Assembly (NCBI GenBank): GCA_963806535.1
Contig: CAWDYC010000005.1
Span: 1 to 64,000 of the forward strand
From: Candidatus Bathyarchaeota archaeon
GTDB lineage: Archaea; Thermoproteota; Bathyarchaeia; Bathyarchaeales; Bathycorpusculaceae
Reading direction: 5' to 3'
Length of the DNA stretch: 64,000 nt
Shown here: positions 34,796 to 44,348 of the stretch, piece by piece
How the letters are laid out: each line of letters begins with the position of its first letter
Position numbering within the stretch: the first letter of the stretch is position 1
Notes under the pieces: generated by a model
The model's input: the letters and a program-made list of their open reading frames with translations, nothing else
Databases searched by the model: none
What the model was told of the DNA's origin: nothing
Made by a program: the position numbers and the translations under genes

Positions 34796-36073
34796 TTGGT
34801 TGACATTCGGCCTTTCAAAGCAATTCGTTATACGCAGAAAGCAGGTGATTTAGAGAAGCTCATTAGTCAACCATACGATAAAATCGATAAAGAAATGCAG
34901 AAAGAATACTATCAGAAATCTCCCTACAATTATTGCCGAATAATTTTACCTATGGAAGAGAACAAGTACGAAATGGCAAAGCAACGTATTGAACAGTGGC
35001 TAAAAGAAGGTATATTAGCCAAGGAGAATGAACCTGTCATTTTTGTTTCACGCCAAGAATTTGCCTTAGAGGGAAAAAAATATGAGCGCATAGGATTAAT
35101 TGCCGCTTTGCGCCTCTACAATTATAATGGAAACATGGTATTTCCGCATGAATTTACCTACAAATCGCCAAAAGTTGACCGGCTAAACATGTTGCGAGCT
35201 GTACAAAAAGACCTTGAGCCGGTTTTTTTGATTTACTCTGATTCTGAAAAGAGAACTCTTAATTTTCTGCAAGAAGTCGAGAAGACAGAACCAATAATCC
35301 GAGTTACTGATCCGCTCCAGGTAAAGCATACTGTTTGGAAAGTTAATGATGTACAAAAAATAAAACAGTTGCAAGCCGATTTGAGCAGCAAAACCATGGT
35401 CATAACCGATGGGCATCACAGATACGAGAGTGCACTGGCCTATAGAGATGAAATGAGAAAGAACGGAAATTGGACTGAGGATTCAGCTTTTAATTTTCAC
35501 ATGAGTTATATGGTTTTGGTTCAAGAGGAAGGGCTGATTGTTTTACCCACGCACCGTCTTCTAAAGGACATTAAGTTAACTGATCAAGTTTTAGAAAGGT
35601 TCAAACACTTTTTTGTTGTTACAGAAATCAATCCGAAGGTAGATGCTTTGGAACAATTTTTGAAGAGCCATTTTAATGAGCATGCTTTCTGCGTCTACAG
35701 CGGCTTAAAAGCTTACGGTTTAACGCTGAAACATGAAAAAGAAGTTTATGATTTTGTTAACGCTAACGTTTCCAAAGAAACCAAAATCTTCGATGTTGTC
35801 ATACTTCGTGATATAGTTTTCAGACACATTTTGAAAACGGGGCAGTTAAAAATGGATGAAAACATCATCTATGCTCGCTGGACAAAGGAAGCAATGGAAA
35901 AAGTAGACTGCGGCGAAGCCACCATCGCATTTCTAGTCAACCCAATATCCGCAAAAACTGTGATGGAGATAGCGCAGCAACATGAATTGTTGCCTGAGAA
36001 AAGCACGGATTTTTACCCCAAAATGGCTTCAGGTTTCATGATGATGGATATTTCAGCCAACGAGAAACTTTAG
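34796..36073 (+). CDS. DUF1015 family protein (ParB/Srx-like fold)
   Basis: IRPFKAIRY, PYD, PHE.T, ITDGHHRYE, LPTHRL, KSTDFYPK. Confidence 0.9.
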   Translation: MVDIRPFKAIRYTQKAGDLEKLISQPYDKIDKEMQKEYYQKSPYNYCRIILPMEENKYEMAKQRIEQWLKEGILAKENEPVIFVSRQEFALEGKKYERIGLIAALRLYNYNGNMVFPHEFTYKSPKVDRLNMLRAVQKDLEPVFLIYSDSEKRTLNFLQEVEKTEPIIRVTDPLQVKHTVWKVNDVQKIKQLQADLSSKTMVITDGHHRYESALAYRDEMRKNGNWTEDSAFNFHMSYMVLVQEEGLIVLPTHRLLKDIKLTDQVLERFKHFFVVTEINPKVDALEQFLKSHFNEHAFCVYSGLKAYGLTLKHEKEVYDFVNANVSKETKIFDVVILRDIVFRHILKTGQLKMDENIIYARWTKEAMEKVDCGEATIAFLVNPISAKTVMEIAQQHELLPEKSTDFYPKMASGFMMMDISANEKL

Positions 36074-36155
36074 GCCAACCATCTTCAGGGAAAATATTAT
36101 AAGCGCTAACTTAGAGAACTGAAAGCCAATTAAAAAAGGAAAAGAGGGCGAAAAA

Positions 36156-36905
36156 ATGGAAAAAACATTAAACGAGATTCCAACTCCGCCACCAGCGGTA
36201 ACTGAAATTTCTCCAATGAAAAAATACGTTGCTGAGTTGATCGGAACTATGGTACTAGTACTGATGGGCTGCGGTAGTGCAGTTATTGCAGGTCAAATCT
36301 TCGGAGTGCAATATGCTTACTTAGCCATAGCGTTTGCTTTCGGTATTGCTGTGTTAGCAATGGTTTATGCAATAGGAGGCATTTCTGGTTGCCACATAAA
36401 TCCGGCAATTTCAATATCGATGTTTGTTGCCGGAAAACTAAGCGCAAAAGACACACTATTTTATGTTATTTTTCAATCTATTGGCGCTATAATTGGAGCA
36501 GGTATACTTTACACGATAGCACTTGGTAGCCCAATTTACAGATTAGCTAGTGGTCTGGGACAAAATGGATATGGTGCAGCTTCTATAGGTAATTACTCCT
36601 TAACTGCCGTATTGATCGCTGAAATAGTCTTGACCTTCATATTCGTACTTGTCGTTCACGGTTCAACTAGTGAAAAGGCACCAAAAGGATTCGCGGGAAT
36701 ATCGATTGGTTTAAGCTTAGTGCTCATTCATATTGTCGCAATACCTATTGATGGAACTTCGGTGAATCCTGCAAGAAGCCTTGGACCAGCACTCTTTGCC
36801 GGAAGTATAGCGCCGTATACAGCGTTAAGTCAACTTTGGGTCTTTTGGGTTGCTCCGATAATCGGCGGAATCATAGCTGCTGTAGTTTGGAAACTCTTAA
36901 AGTAA
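36156..36905 (+). CDS. aqpZ: Aquaporin (MIP family)
   Basis: SGCHINPA and SVNPARS NPA motifs. Confidence 0.92.
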   Translation: MEKTLNEIPTPPPAVTEISPMKKYVAELIGTMVLVLMGCGSAVIAGQIFGVQYAYLAIAFAFGIAVLAMVYAIGGISGCHINPAISISMFVAGKLSAKDTLFYVIFQSIGAIIGAGILYTIALGSPIYRLASGLGQNGYGAASIGNYSLTAVLIAEIVLTFIFVLVVHGSTSEKAPKGFAGISIGLSLVLIHIVAIPIDGTSVNPARSLGPALFAGSIAPYTALSQLWVFWVAPIIGGIIAAVVWKLLK

Positions 36906-37327
36906 ACCTAAAAAACAACCATTTTTTTCTTTTTTAGAAATTATTTTTCACTCTTGGTTTTTTTGTTATTTTTTGTTGATGCTTTTGTATACCGATTTCA
37001 GTTAATGGCTCTTTTTGGTTGTTAACATTCAGTTTGGGTTTTTCAATTTTTTTAATTTTTTTCCCGCTACCTAGCTATAGGTCAAAATATATACGTTTTG
37101 TCAGTACAATTGTATATACAGAACGCATTGTTTGCCGAAATCCCTTAAATCTTTCTAGTTAAACATCCAGATAGTCGATAAATATAGATTTATTATTTAA
37201 AAAAAAATTGATTGAAGCGTTTGAAAAATTTTGCGAACTGGCAGTTGAGTTTGAGCTTGTTTTCATTCAACTACTAAAATAAAAAACACAGATACAAGAG
37301 AACCGCGCCATGTTGGCTACCCAAAAA

Positions 37328-37474
37328 CTATTTAATGAATTTAGTCGCATGTCTCTTGAATTTCTTCTTGCACGCGAGACTGCAGAAATGTACAGTTTCA
37401 CCCTCATAGGTTATTTTGAATTTTGCAGTCTCCTCATTAAGGACCATGCCGCAAACTGGATCTCTAAACGACAT
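37328..37474 (-). CDS. YHS/TRASH-domain microprotein (48 aa)
   Basis: MSFRDPVCGM..YEGETVHFCSLACKKKF. Confidence 0.8.
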   Translation of the reverse strand: MSFRDPVCGMVLNEETAKFKITYEGETVHFCSLACKKKFKRHATKFIK

Positions 37475-37611
37475 TCTTTGTTTTTAAGCCTCAAGAATTC
37501 ATTCTACTTTCTGCCTTTTATGGTTAATGGTCGATTAAGTTATAATAGTCGTTAAATTTGCGGCTAAAACCGTTCTGTGAAGCTACTTCGCTGTTAATGC
37601 TTTAGTCGATG

Positions 37612-37887
37612 TTAGTCGTCTTCGGAATCTTCTTTAGCCAATTCCACAGAGATAGAGTCATCGTGGCTAATTGCGTTTTTGCGAGTTTCTTTCTTGCTTG
37701 GAGTCGCCTGTTCTCTTCCATTCATAAAACCTTCTTCAGCAGCAGTCACTTCATCGTCATCTAGCATTGTTTCTCTCTCTTCTGTATCGTAGATGTCGTC
37801 TGTTTCCTCTGACTTTTCTTCTTTGGTTAACGGGGGGCCCTCATAAAAGTGAGGCGCTGGTTTTTTTCTAGCTTTTGATTTACTCAT
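37612..37887 (-). CDS. Acidic hypothetical protein
   Basis: 91-aa ORF with SD GAGGAG; DIYD..RE..LDDDE..AEEGFM.G. Confidence 0.65.
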   Translation of the reverse strand: MSKSKARKKPAPHFYEGPPLTKEEKSEETDDIYDTEERETMLDDDEVTAAEEGFMNGREQATPSKKETRKNAISHDDSISVELAKEDSEDD

Positions 37888-38239
37888 TTTATTCTCCTCG
37901 ATTTCAACCGTTCAAGCACTATCTCTTATACAAAATACACTGCAATTACTTTTAATACTATGTGACTGAAGCCCTACAATCACAACCGAAGATGCTGCCA
38001 TAATATTTCTTTAGAAAAAGAAGAAACCTCAACTGAAAAGGGCTTTTTGAAGAAAAGAGTAATATCTTTGGCGAAAACGGTTCCTTCAGATGTACTTAAT
38101 TGCTTAGAATCATGCTAAAGCTTTTTATAAGCCCCGCCGCACTTTTGGGGTTGTCACATTAACTCATGTATCACACCAAAGCTCCTGAAGCTTTTAGAGA
38201 CATCATGAACAAGTTCTGTGGCAGGAGAAAAAATAGTAT

Positions 38240-39394
38240 ATGCAAATTCAAACATTTCAGGATTTACCATTAACTGGGGAAATCCTTAGAAGTATAAAAG
38301 AACTCGGGTTTGAAAGTCTTTTTCCAATTCAAGCCCAAGCAATAATGCCCTTGCTTGAAGGCAAGGACGTCATTGGGCAGGCTCAGACTGGAACAGGAAA
38401 AACAGCTGCTTTTGGCATTCCAATGGTTCAACGGTTAAACCGTGAAATTCGCGGCGTTCAAGGCCTAATTTTAGTGCCAACTCGCGAATTAGCCGTTCAA
38501 GTAGCCGAAAACATGGCTTCTTTTGCGAAATATGCAAGAGCCAAAGTTTTAGCTGTTTACGGTGGAGAATCAATCAATAAGCAAATACATGCTTTATCAA
38601 GCGGTGTCCAAATTGTTGTCGGTACACCCGGCAGATTAATCGACCTTATGGAAAGGCGTGTATTAAACCTCGGAACTGTTAAAATGGTGGTTCTTGATGA
38701 AGCCGACCGAATGTTAGACATGGGCTTCATACAAGACATAGAATTTATCCTATCAAAAACACCATACGAGAGACAAACAAGCCTATTTTCAGCAACAATT
38801 GAGCAATCAGTAATGCGCATCTGCAACAAATACATGAAAAACCCGCAGAAAATCCTTGTCAGCAAAGACGAAATCGCATTAACACAAATGAAACAATACT
38901 ACACTGTAGTTAATCAACATGGCAAATTTGATACTTTATGCGATATAATCCGCAGCGAAGGAGTCAACAAAGCTATAGTTTTCTGCAGAACACGTAGAGA
39001 AACAAGCAGACTTTCTGATCAACTATACAGGAAGGGATATCGAGTGCAAGCATTACACGCAGGCTTTACACAAGCACAAAGAGATCGAGCAATCAGCGAC
39101 TTCCGCTGTGATAGACTTAGCCTGCTAATAGCAACTGACGTTGCAGCAAGAGGCTTAGACATCGAAGGAATAACACACATAATCAACTATGACGTACCAA
39201 TGGACGCACCAGTATATTTCCACCGCATAGGAAGAACCGCTCGCAAAGGCGAAGAAGGAACCGCAATAACCTTAGTAAGCTACGGCGAAATGTCAGACTT
39301 CAACAACATCAAAGCCTTAACCAAAACCAAAATAGAAGAGATCAAATCAGGCGCCGTTGAGAAAGACGATTCGCCAATCAAGAGCTTCTATTAA
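38240..39394 (+). CDS. DEAD-box RNA helicase
   Basis: Q motif, AQTGTGKT, PTRELA, TPGR, DEAD, SAT, ARGLD, HRIGRTAR. Confidence 0.95.
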   Translation: MQIQTFQDLPLTGEILRSIKELGFESLFPIQAQAIMPLLEGKDVIGQAQTGTGKTAAFGIPMVQRLNREIRGVQGLILVPTRELAVQVAENMASFAKYARAKVLAVYGGESINKQIHALSSGVQIVVGTPGRLIDLMERRVLNLGTVKMVVLDEADRMLDMGFIQDIEFILSKTPYERQTSLFSATIEQSVMRICNKYMKNPQKILVSKDEIALTQMKQYYTVVNQHGKFDTLCDIIRSEGVNKAIVFCRTRRETSRLSDQLYRKGYRVQALHAGFTQAQRDRAISDFRCDRLSLLIATDVAARGLDIEGITHIINYDVPMDAPVYFHRIGRTARKGEEGTAITLVSYGEMSDFNNIKALTKTKIEEIKSGAVEKDDSPIKSFY

Positions 39395-39554
39395 ACAAGC
39401 TCTTCTAATTTCTTTCTCCCTTTCTCTTTTATCATCCGAAAGCGACAAAATAAATTTTGCTCTTTTCTTTTGGCACAAAACCAACCGGCTTGGTTTTTTC
39501 GACAACTTAGTGGTCAATTTTATTAACGAAAACAAATAATACAAAAGGACCGTA

Positions 39555-40451
39555 ATGAGCCAAATTAAGGACGAAGAATCATCGCAAACTCCTCTTATTC
39601 CATGGTACGTTGTTGGATTAACCTCGATTGTTTGTGTTGCAGCTTTAGTGTTAATTGCTGTTTTAGGTCCAGCAATTCTTAATGTAATTCATTATCGGAC
39701 TTCCCAGTCAGGTATTTGGCAAATGCAAGCGTTTGACTTAACAGACCTTATAGTTCTTGCGCCACTTCTGCTTGTTGGAGGAATTCTTGAACTGTTAAAG
39801 AGAAACGGCTCAAAGTTTTTCCTTATCCTGACGCCGATAACTTTGATGTATGTTGGTGTATCTTATGGATTAGGTCAAGAGTGGGGTAGCAGCGCCTACA
39901 CTGGAAATTCTGAAGCTTATTATTGGCTTTTTCTAATTCTCGTCATTGGTGGTCTAATCCTGCTTATGGGGAGCCTATCCAAGTTTACGGGTGAAGATGC
40001 ACCTAATTTTAAAAAGAAATGGCTTCGAATCTATGTAGGAGTTATGGTTATTTTTCTTGTTATGTTTATGGTAATGTGGGTTTCCCAAATTTCACAGGTT
40101 ATTTCTACCGGAAATACTTCCGCAGGCGACTATCTTACTGCACCCAACGGGTGGTGGGTTGTAAAGTTTCTTGACTTAGGCATATCAATTCCAATTGGAT
40201 TTATAGCCTTACTTCTGTTGCTCTCGAAACCAAAGAAAGCTTATCCGTTGGTGCTTCTTTTCTTTGGTTTTTTTATCACACTAGGCACAGCAGTTAATGC
40301 AAGCGCCATAGTAGAAGTGATCAACCATGACCCATCAATCGCCGGTTCAGGAGCAGGAGGACTTGTAATATTTCCAGTGCTTGGTGTGCTAGCTTATGCA
40401 GGGCTCTTCTATCTTGTAAAGGATAAATTGCACTTGACAATAAAACAATAA
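39555..40451 (+). CDS. Multi-pass membrane protein of unknown function
   Basis: About 8 hydrophobic segments. Confidence 0.7.
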   Translation: MSQIKDEESSQTPLIPWYVVGLTSIVCVAALVLIAVLGPAILNVIHYRTSQSGIWQMQAFDLTDLIVLAPLLLVGGILELLKRNGSKFFLILTPITLMYVGVSYGLGQEWGSSAYTGNSEAYYWLFLILVIGGLILLMGSLSKFTGEDAPNFKKKWLRIYVGVMVIFLVMFMVMWVSQISQVISTGNTSAGDYLTAPNGWWVVKFLDLGISIPIGFIALLLLLSKPKKAYPLVLLFFGFFITLGTAVNASAIVEVINHDPSIAGSGAGGLVIFPVLGVLAYAGLFYLVKDKLHLTIKQ

Positions 40452-40577
40452 GTGCCTAGCTGGCGATTTGGCTTCAGCTCATGAGTTAATTCCCAAACTT
40501 TTCGTAAAATTAATCTCGAGCAGAGCATCTTTATTAGCCAGTCTACCATAAAACAGTAACCTGATTGGGGAATATTT

Positions 40578-40847
40578 TTGACTCAAACAATTCATGGAAG
40601 AATAACTAATTATAGAACAGGTCCAAAATCACAAACATCACGAGAATGCTTAATCGAATTCGAAACAGTCAATTCAGAAGCTTTAGCCTGCAAACTTATC
40701 GGGCAAAAAGTCGCTTGGAAAAACGGAAGCAGCAAAATCTTTGGTAAAGTTAGGGGAGCCCACGGTAAAAACGGCATGGTTCGAGTAAGATTCTCACGCG
40801 GAGTACCAGGCCAAGCCATCGGAACAATAGTTGAATTAAAAAATTAA
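40578..40847 (+). CDS. rpl35ae: 50S ribosomal protein L35Ae
   Basis: NYRTG..Q...CLI, LIGQKV.W, GKV..HGKNGMVRVRF..GVPGQAIG. Confidence 0.9.
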   Translation: MTQTIHGRITNYRTGPKSQTSRECLIEFETVNSEALACKLIGQKVAWKNGSSKIFGKVRGAHGKNGMVRVRFSRGVPGQAIGTIVELKN

Positions 40848-40942
40848 TTTTTTCTTAAAAAATAATTTGCTTTTAACAAAAATAATTCTTCATTTAAAAA
40901 ATCTAAAATACTTATGAAAATTCAAAAACAATGAACTTTTTT

Positions 40943-41119
40943 TTAGAGTTCGCCTAAGTCTTTGGCTTCATAAACGTAATCTTCTAAACGAATCTTCCCA
41001 TCTTTAACCAAAACTGTATAGTCGGCTTCACAAATTGGACAAGCCACTATCTCGCCGTTTTTGAGGGTATCTTCGTCCTTTTTGAAGGTATTTCCACATT
41101 CACAACATTTTAAAATCAT
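40943..41119 (-). CDS. LysW-like zinc-ribbon protein (58 aa)
   Basis: [30 protein letters not shown]; SD GAGAGG. Confidence 0.7.
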   Translation of the reverse strand: MILKCCECGNTFKKDEDTLKNGEIVACPICEADYTVLVKDGKIRLEDYVYEAKDLGEL

Positions 41120-41137
41120 TTTTTTTAAGCCTCTCCT

Positions 41138-41440
41138 CTACATTTTTAGGTAATTGTGTGCTCTAAGCCAATCTGACTGGTTTTTTCGGTAACGCCAAAA
41201 AATGTCTCCTCGAGTGTCTGCTTGAAAATCCCAAGGTGACACCAAAACGATGTCTCCCTCTCTAATCCAAACACGTTTTTTTAGTTTGCCTCTAACTCTA
41301 CATAATCGTTCTTTACCATCTTGGCATTTAACAGTGATTCGTTCGGCGCCAAGCATCTTGACAGCCATACCTAATATATCATTTGAGGAAGGTAAAACCA
41401 TACTGTCGTTGCCTTCGTTTGTAATTTTTCTTTTTCCCAT
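41138..41440 (-). CDS. eif1a: Translation initiation factor aIF-1A
   Basis: MLGA..V.C.DGKERLCRVRGKLKKRVWIREGDIVLVSPWDFQ..RGDI.WRY. Confidence 0.95.
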   Translation of the reverse strand: MGKRKITNEGNDSMVLPSSNDILGMAVKMLGAERITVKCQDGKERLCRVRGKLKKRVWIREGDIVLVSPWDFQADTRGDIFWRYRKNQSDWLRAHNYLKM

Positions 41441-41977
41441 ACTTTTCAACTTCTCATAATCAGAATAATTTGAGAAAAAGTTGAAAGCATTTAGTCGTTC
41501 TTACTCTTCCTCTAAGAATTCTAATAATTGAAATAATAAGGATGTGCCAACTATATTAATATGCTAATTAAAAAAACCTTTTTTCCCGTGCATTTTCGTC
41601 AATACGGCTGTTTCTGAAGCGCTAATTTCAAAATCTTAAAAATCCTATTTTCTTTTGGAAAAAAAGTCTTTTTCTCATCTATGTGTTTATAAGTGCGCAG
41701 GCTCCATCGGGTAACTGTTGAAGAGTCTCTTTTATCCTCTGGGACCTCCTATCTGTATAACAGATTCTTTTCAAAAAACAAGAGAGAGGTAAATAAATTT
41801 GTGTATATTGAGAGCAGGATTAGTAAAAAATTGTCGAAGATGCAAATCGTCTGTGCGACTAAATTGCGTTTATAGAAAGAAAGTAAGACAAAAAGTATTT
41901 TCGGATAATAAGAAAAAGGGAGAGAAAACTCCTTAGTTTTTCTTTATCAGGAAAAATAGTTTAATCGAGGTGAAAAA

Positions 41978-42169
41978 ATGTCTCAAAGAGCAACATATGA
42001 AGCGAAATGTTCAGTTTGTAATGAAGTAGCAGTTGTACCATTCAAGCCTACACCAGGCAAGCCAGTTTACTGCAAAGCCTGTTTTGCCAAACGCTTAACC
42101 AGTTCACCAGCAAGGACAGATGCAAACCACAATTTTGAACCCAAACAGGCCTGGGCGCGAAGAAGATAA
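41978..42169 (+). CDS. CxxC-x17-CxxC zinc-ribbon protein
   Basis: CSVC..VPFKP..GKPVYCKACF; SD GAGGTG. Confidence 0.85.
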   Translation: MSQRATYEAKCSVCNEVAVVPFKPTPGKPVYCKACFAKRLTSSPARTDANHNFEPKQAWARRR

Positions 42170-42217
42170 ACGTAAGTTCTTCTTCAAATAATATGCCTTA
42201 TTCAAAAGTGAGAGAAA

Positions 42218-42460
42218 ATGAAATTAATTAAAGGCTGGAAAAAAATAAGCAATGAAGGCGGCTTTGTAAATGAAACTACTGGCCAAACCTTGATTGTTTC
42301 AAAAAAAGAATTCAGTCAAAACTACCATGTGCTTCTCTTTATTGGCGAGCAGACCGAGAAAAAAGAGGGTAAAAAAATCTCACCTGATTTTCGCACAGAG
42401 ACTAAAGCTGAAACCTTCGCCATCGATTGGATGGGGAAGCACCCAGACGGAACAGCTTAG
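42218..42460 (+). CDS. Hypothetical protein
   Basis: 80-aa ORF with plausible start; ends FA..WM.KHP.G. Confidence 0.6.
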   Translation: MKLIKGWKKISNEGGFVNETTGQTLIVSKKEFSQNYHVLLFIGEQTEKKEGKKISPDFRTETKAETFAIDWMGKHPDGTA

Positions 42461-42591
42461 TCTGCTTCAAAATATAGGGTTTAATGCTTAAGGTTTTTTG
42501 AAAAGAAATTATTTGATTTATATTCTTCTTAATAATTAATATTATAAGTTGTAAAGGACAATTTTTTACAGCGACAAGAAGGGAGAAATTT

Positions 42592-42729
42592 ATGTATAAT
42601 AGTTACAAAAACGTATTTAGTGAAAGTTATAAATGTAGAATTTGTTCAGCTCATTTCAAAAATCCTGAAGAATTAAGAGTTCACAGAATGGTTAGCCACA
42701 AAGGCCATATGCTTGCAGTAAAACGTTAA
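42592..42729 (+). CDS. Single C2H2 zinc-finger microprotein (45 aa)
   Basis: YKCRICSAHFKNPEELRVHRMVSH; SD GGGAG. Confidence 0.7.
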   Translation: MYNSYKNVFSESYKCRICSAHFKNPEELRVHRMVSHKGHMLAVKR

Positions 42730-43127
42730 AAAAATCCTCAAAACCAATTCTACAACAGGATTATTGAATCAGTGCTGAACTATCATTTTCTAAGGCTATG
42801 AAACTTGCGAGTTTGGGTATTTCTTGCTTTGGTATTTGGCTATTAAAGACGAAGATCCAAGTTTTCGTAGGTACATTAGGCTTTGGAGATTTAGAAGTTA
42901 GTTTCTGCAGTTGAGGCAAAAAGTAAGTTTCTGCTTGTTCTTTGTCATATCTTATTTTCTGAAATTTGAGGATTGTTCGATTGAGACGTGAAAAAATAAC
43001 AAAGAATCAGAGAACAACAGACGGTAAATGTTAGTCAAGAAAGTTTGACTAAACCTTGGTCAAGAATCCTTGACGAAAACGCTTTTACATTAAAATTTTC
43101 TTCAAAGGTCTTTGGAGGAAAAGACGG

Positions 43128-43364
43128 ATGGGCGAATCAATTGATCTCGGTTTGGTCTTAACGATTCTCGCTGCTTTATTTGCTCTTGCCCCTAAACTCG
43201 CCTCACCAGAACAAATAGTGGTTGCATCTCTCTCAACTACTTTTATTGTGGGTGCATTCTGGAAAATAAGCCATTACTTAAGCACTAAACTATCAACGGC
43301 AAAAAAGTTTTGTGCCCAGCTCTCCTCCATTGTCAATTTCGGAATGTTTGCGTTTGAGGAATAA
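43128..43364 (+). CDS. Small two-TM hypothetical protein
   Basis: SD GGAGG; two hydrophobic segments; abuts the next gene. Confidence 0.5.
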   Translation: MGESIDLGLVLTILAALFALAPKLASPEQIVVASLSTTFIVGAFWKISHYLSTKLSTAKKFCAQLSSIVNFGMFAFEE

Positions 43365-43367
43365 ACT

Positions 43368-44348
43368 ATGAGCAAGGTCTTAACACTAACTCGGAAAACT
43401 AATAACAACCACGATTTATCTGAAACGCCAAGATCCCTTGAAGCACAGTGTAGAAACTGCACTCCAATAACCCCGATATATTGCATAACACGCTGCAAAG
43501 TGTACCGACTAAAAAATGAATTAAGAACTGTATACGCAGCAATGAATAATCCCAACTATGTAAATGAGCTTTTCAATGTCATAAAAAACGATGTAAGATT
43601 TCATATTCTTCAGACGATAGTAAACGGCAGATATTCAGCAAACAAGATACAAAAGGAACTTACAAGAACAGGTCATAGAATCAGTAAACACAATATCTGC
43701 GACGAATACTTGCATCCTTTGATGGCAATAGGTTTAGCCGCTGAAGAACGAAACGAATATTACCCAACTACTTTCGGCGGTCGAGTAGCCGAAACGTTAG
43801 GAGGTTTGCCCGACTTTGCTAAATTACTCCCTGCTCGTTCAGAAGGCTACGAGGAGATTCTTCTTCAATCCTTGCTTCCAGGACCTAAAACGTTTGAAGG
43901 CATAAAAGATCTTATTCTACCGAGAACTATTTCACGAACACTCAAACGTTTACGCACAGCTGGTTTGATAAAAACCAGAGCGAAGAGCGATTACATATTT
44001 TTCTTTAAATCAAGACGAAATCCAATCAAGGAAACTTTCACAACTGCGGAACAAAAGATTTACAATGCAATTGACTTAGATGGAATTTCCGCCGGAATGC
44101 TCGCAAAGAAAACAGGGTTTTCTTTGCGAAGAACCTACAAGACCTTAAGATGCTTGAAAGGCAAAAAACTTGTCTTCACAAGAAGAACGCCGAAGGTTTA
44201 TGGCTTAACCAGTAAAGGTGAAAAGTTGGCTTCAGTCCTGCAGGAAATCTATCAAATAGTCAACGAGACTTGGGGCTCTTCTGAAAAGGTTATGCAGGAA
44301 ACTCCTCTCACATTAGAAGGTGGCTTATCCAAAAATGCACTCCGCTAA
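43368..44348 (+). CDS. Multi-wHTH DNA-binding protein with N-terminal 4-Cys motif
   Basis: CRNC-x6-C-x3-C, then several wHTH-like repeats (Y.PT.FG, Y.LT.KG). Confidence 0.7.
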   Translation: MSKVLTLTRKTNNNHDLSETPRSLEAQCRNCTPITPIYCITRCKVYRLKNELRTVYAAMNNPNYVNELFNVIKNDVRFHILQTIVNGRYSANKIQKELTRTGHRISKHNICDEYLHPLMAIGLAAEERNEYYPTTFGGRVAETLGGLPDFAKLLPARSEGYEEILLQSLLPGPKTFEGIKDLILPRTISRTLKRLRTAGLIKTRAKSDYIFFFKSRRNPIKETFTTAEQKIYNAIDLDGISAGMLAKKTGFSLRRTYKTLRCLKGKKLVFTRRTPKVYGLTSKGEKLASVLQEIYQIVNETWGSSEKVMQETPLTLEGGLSKNALR

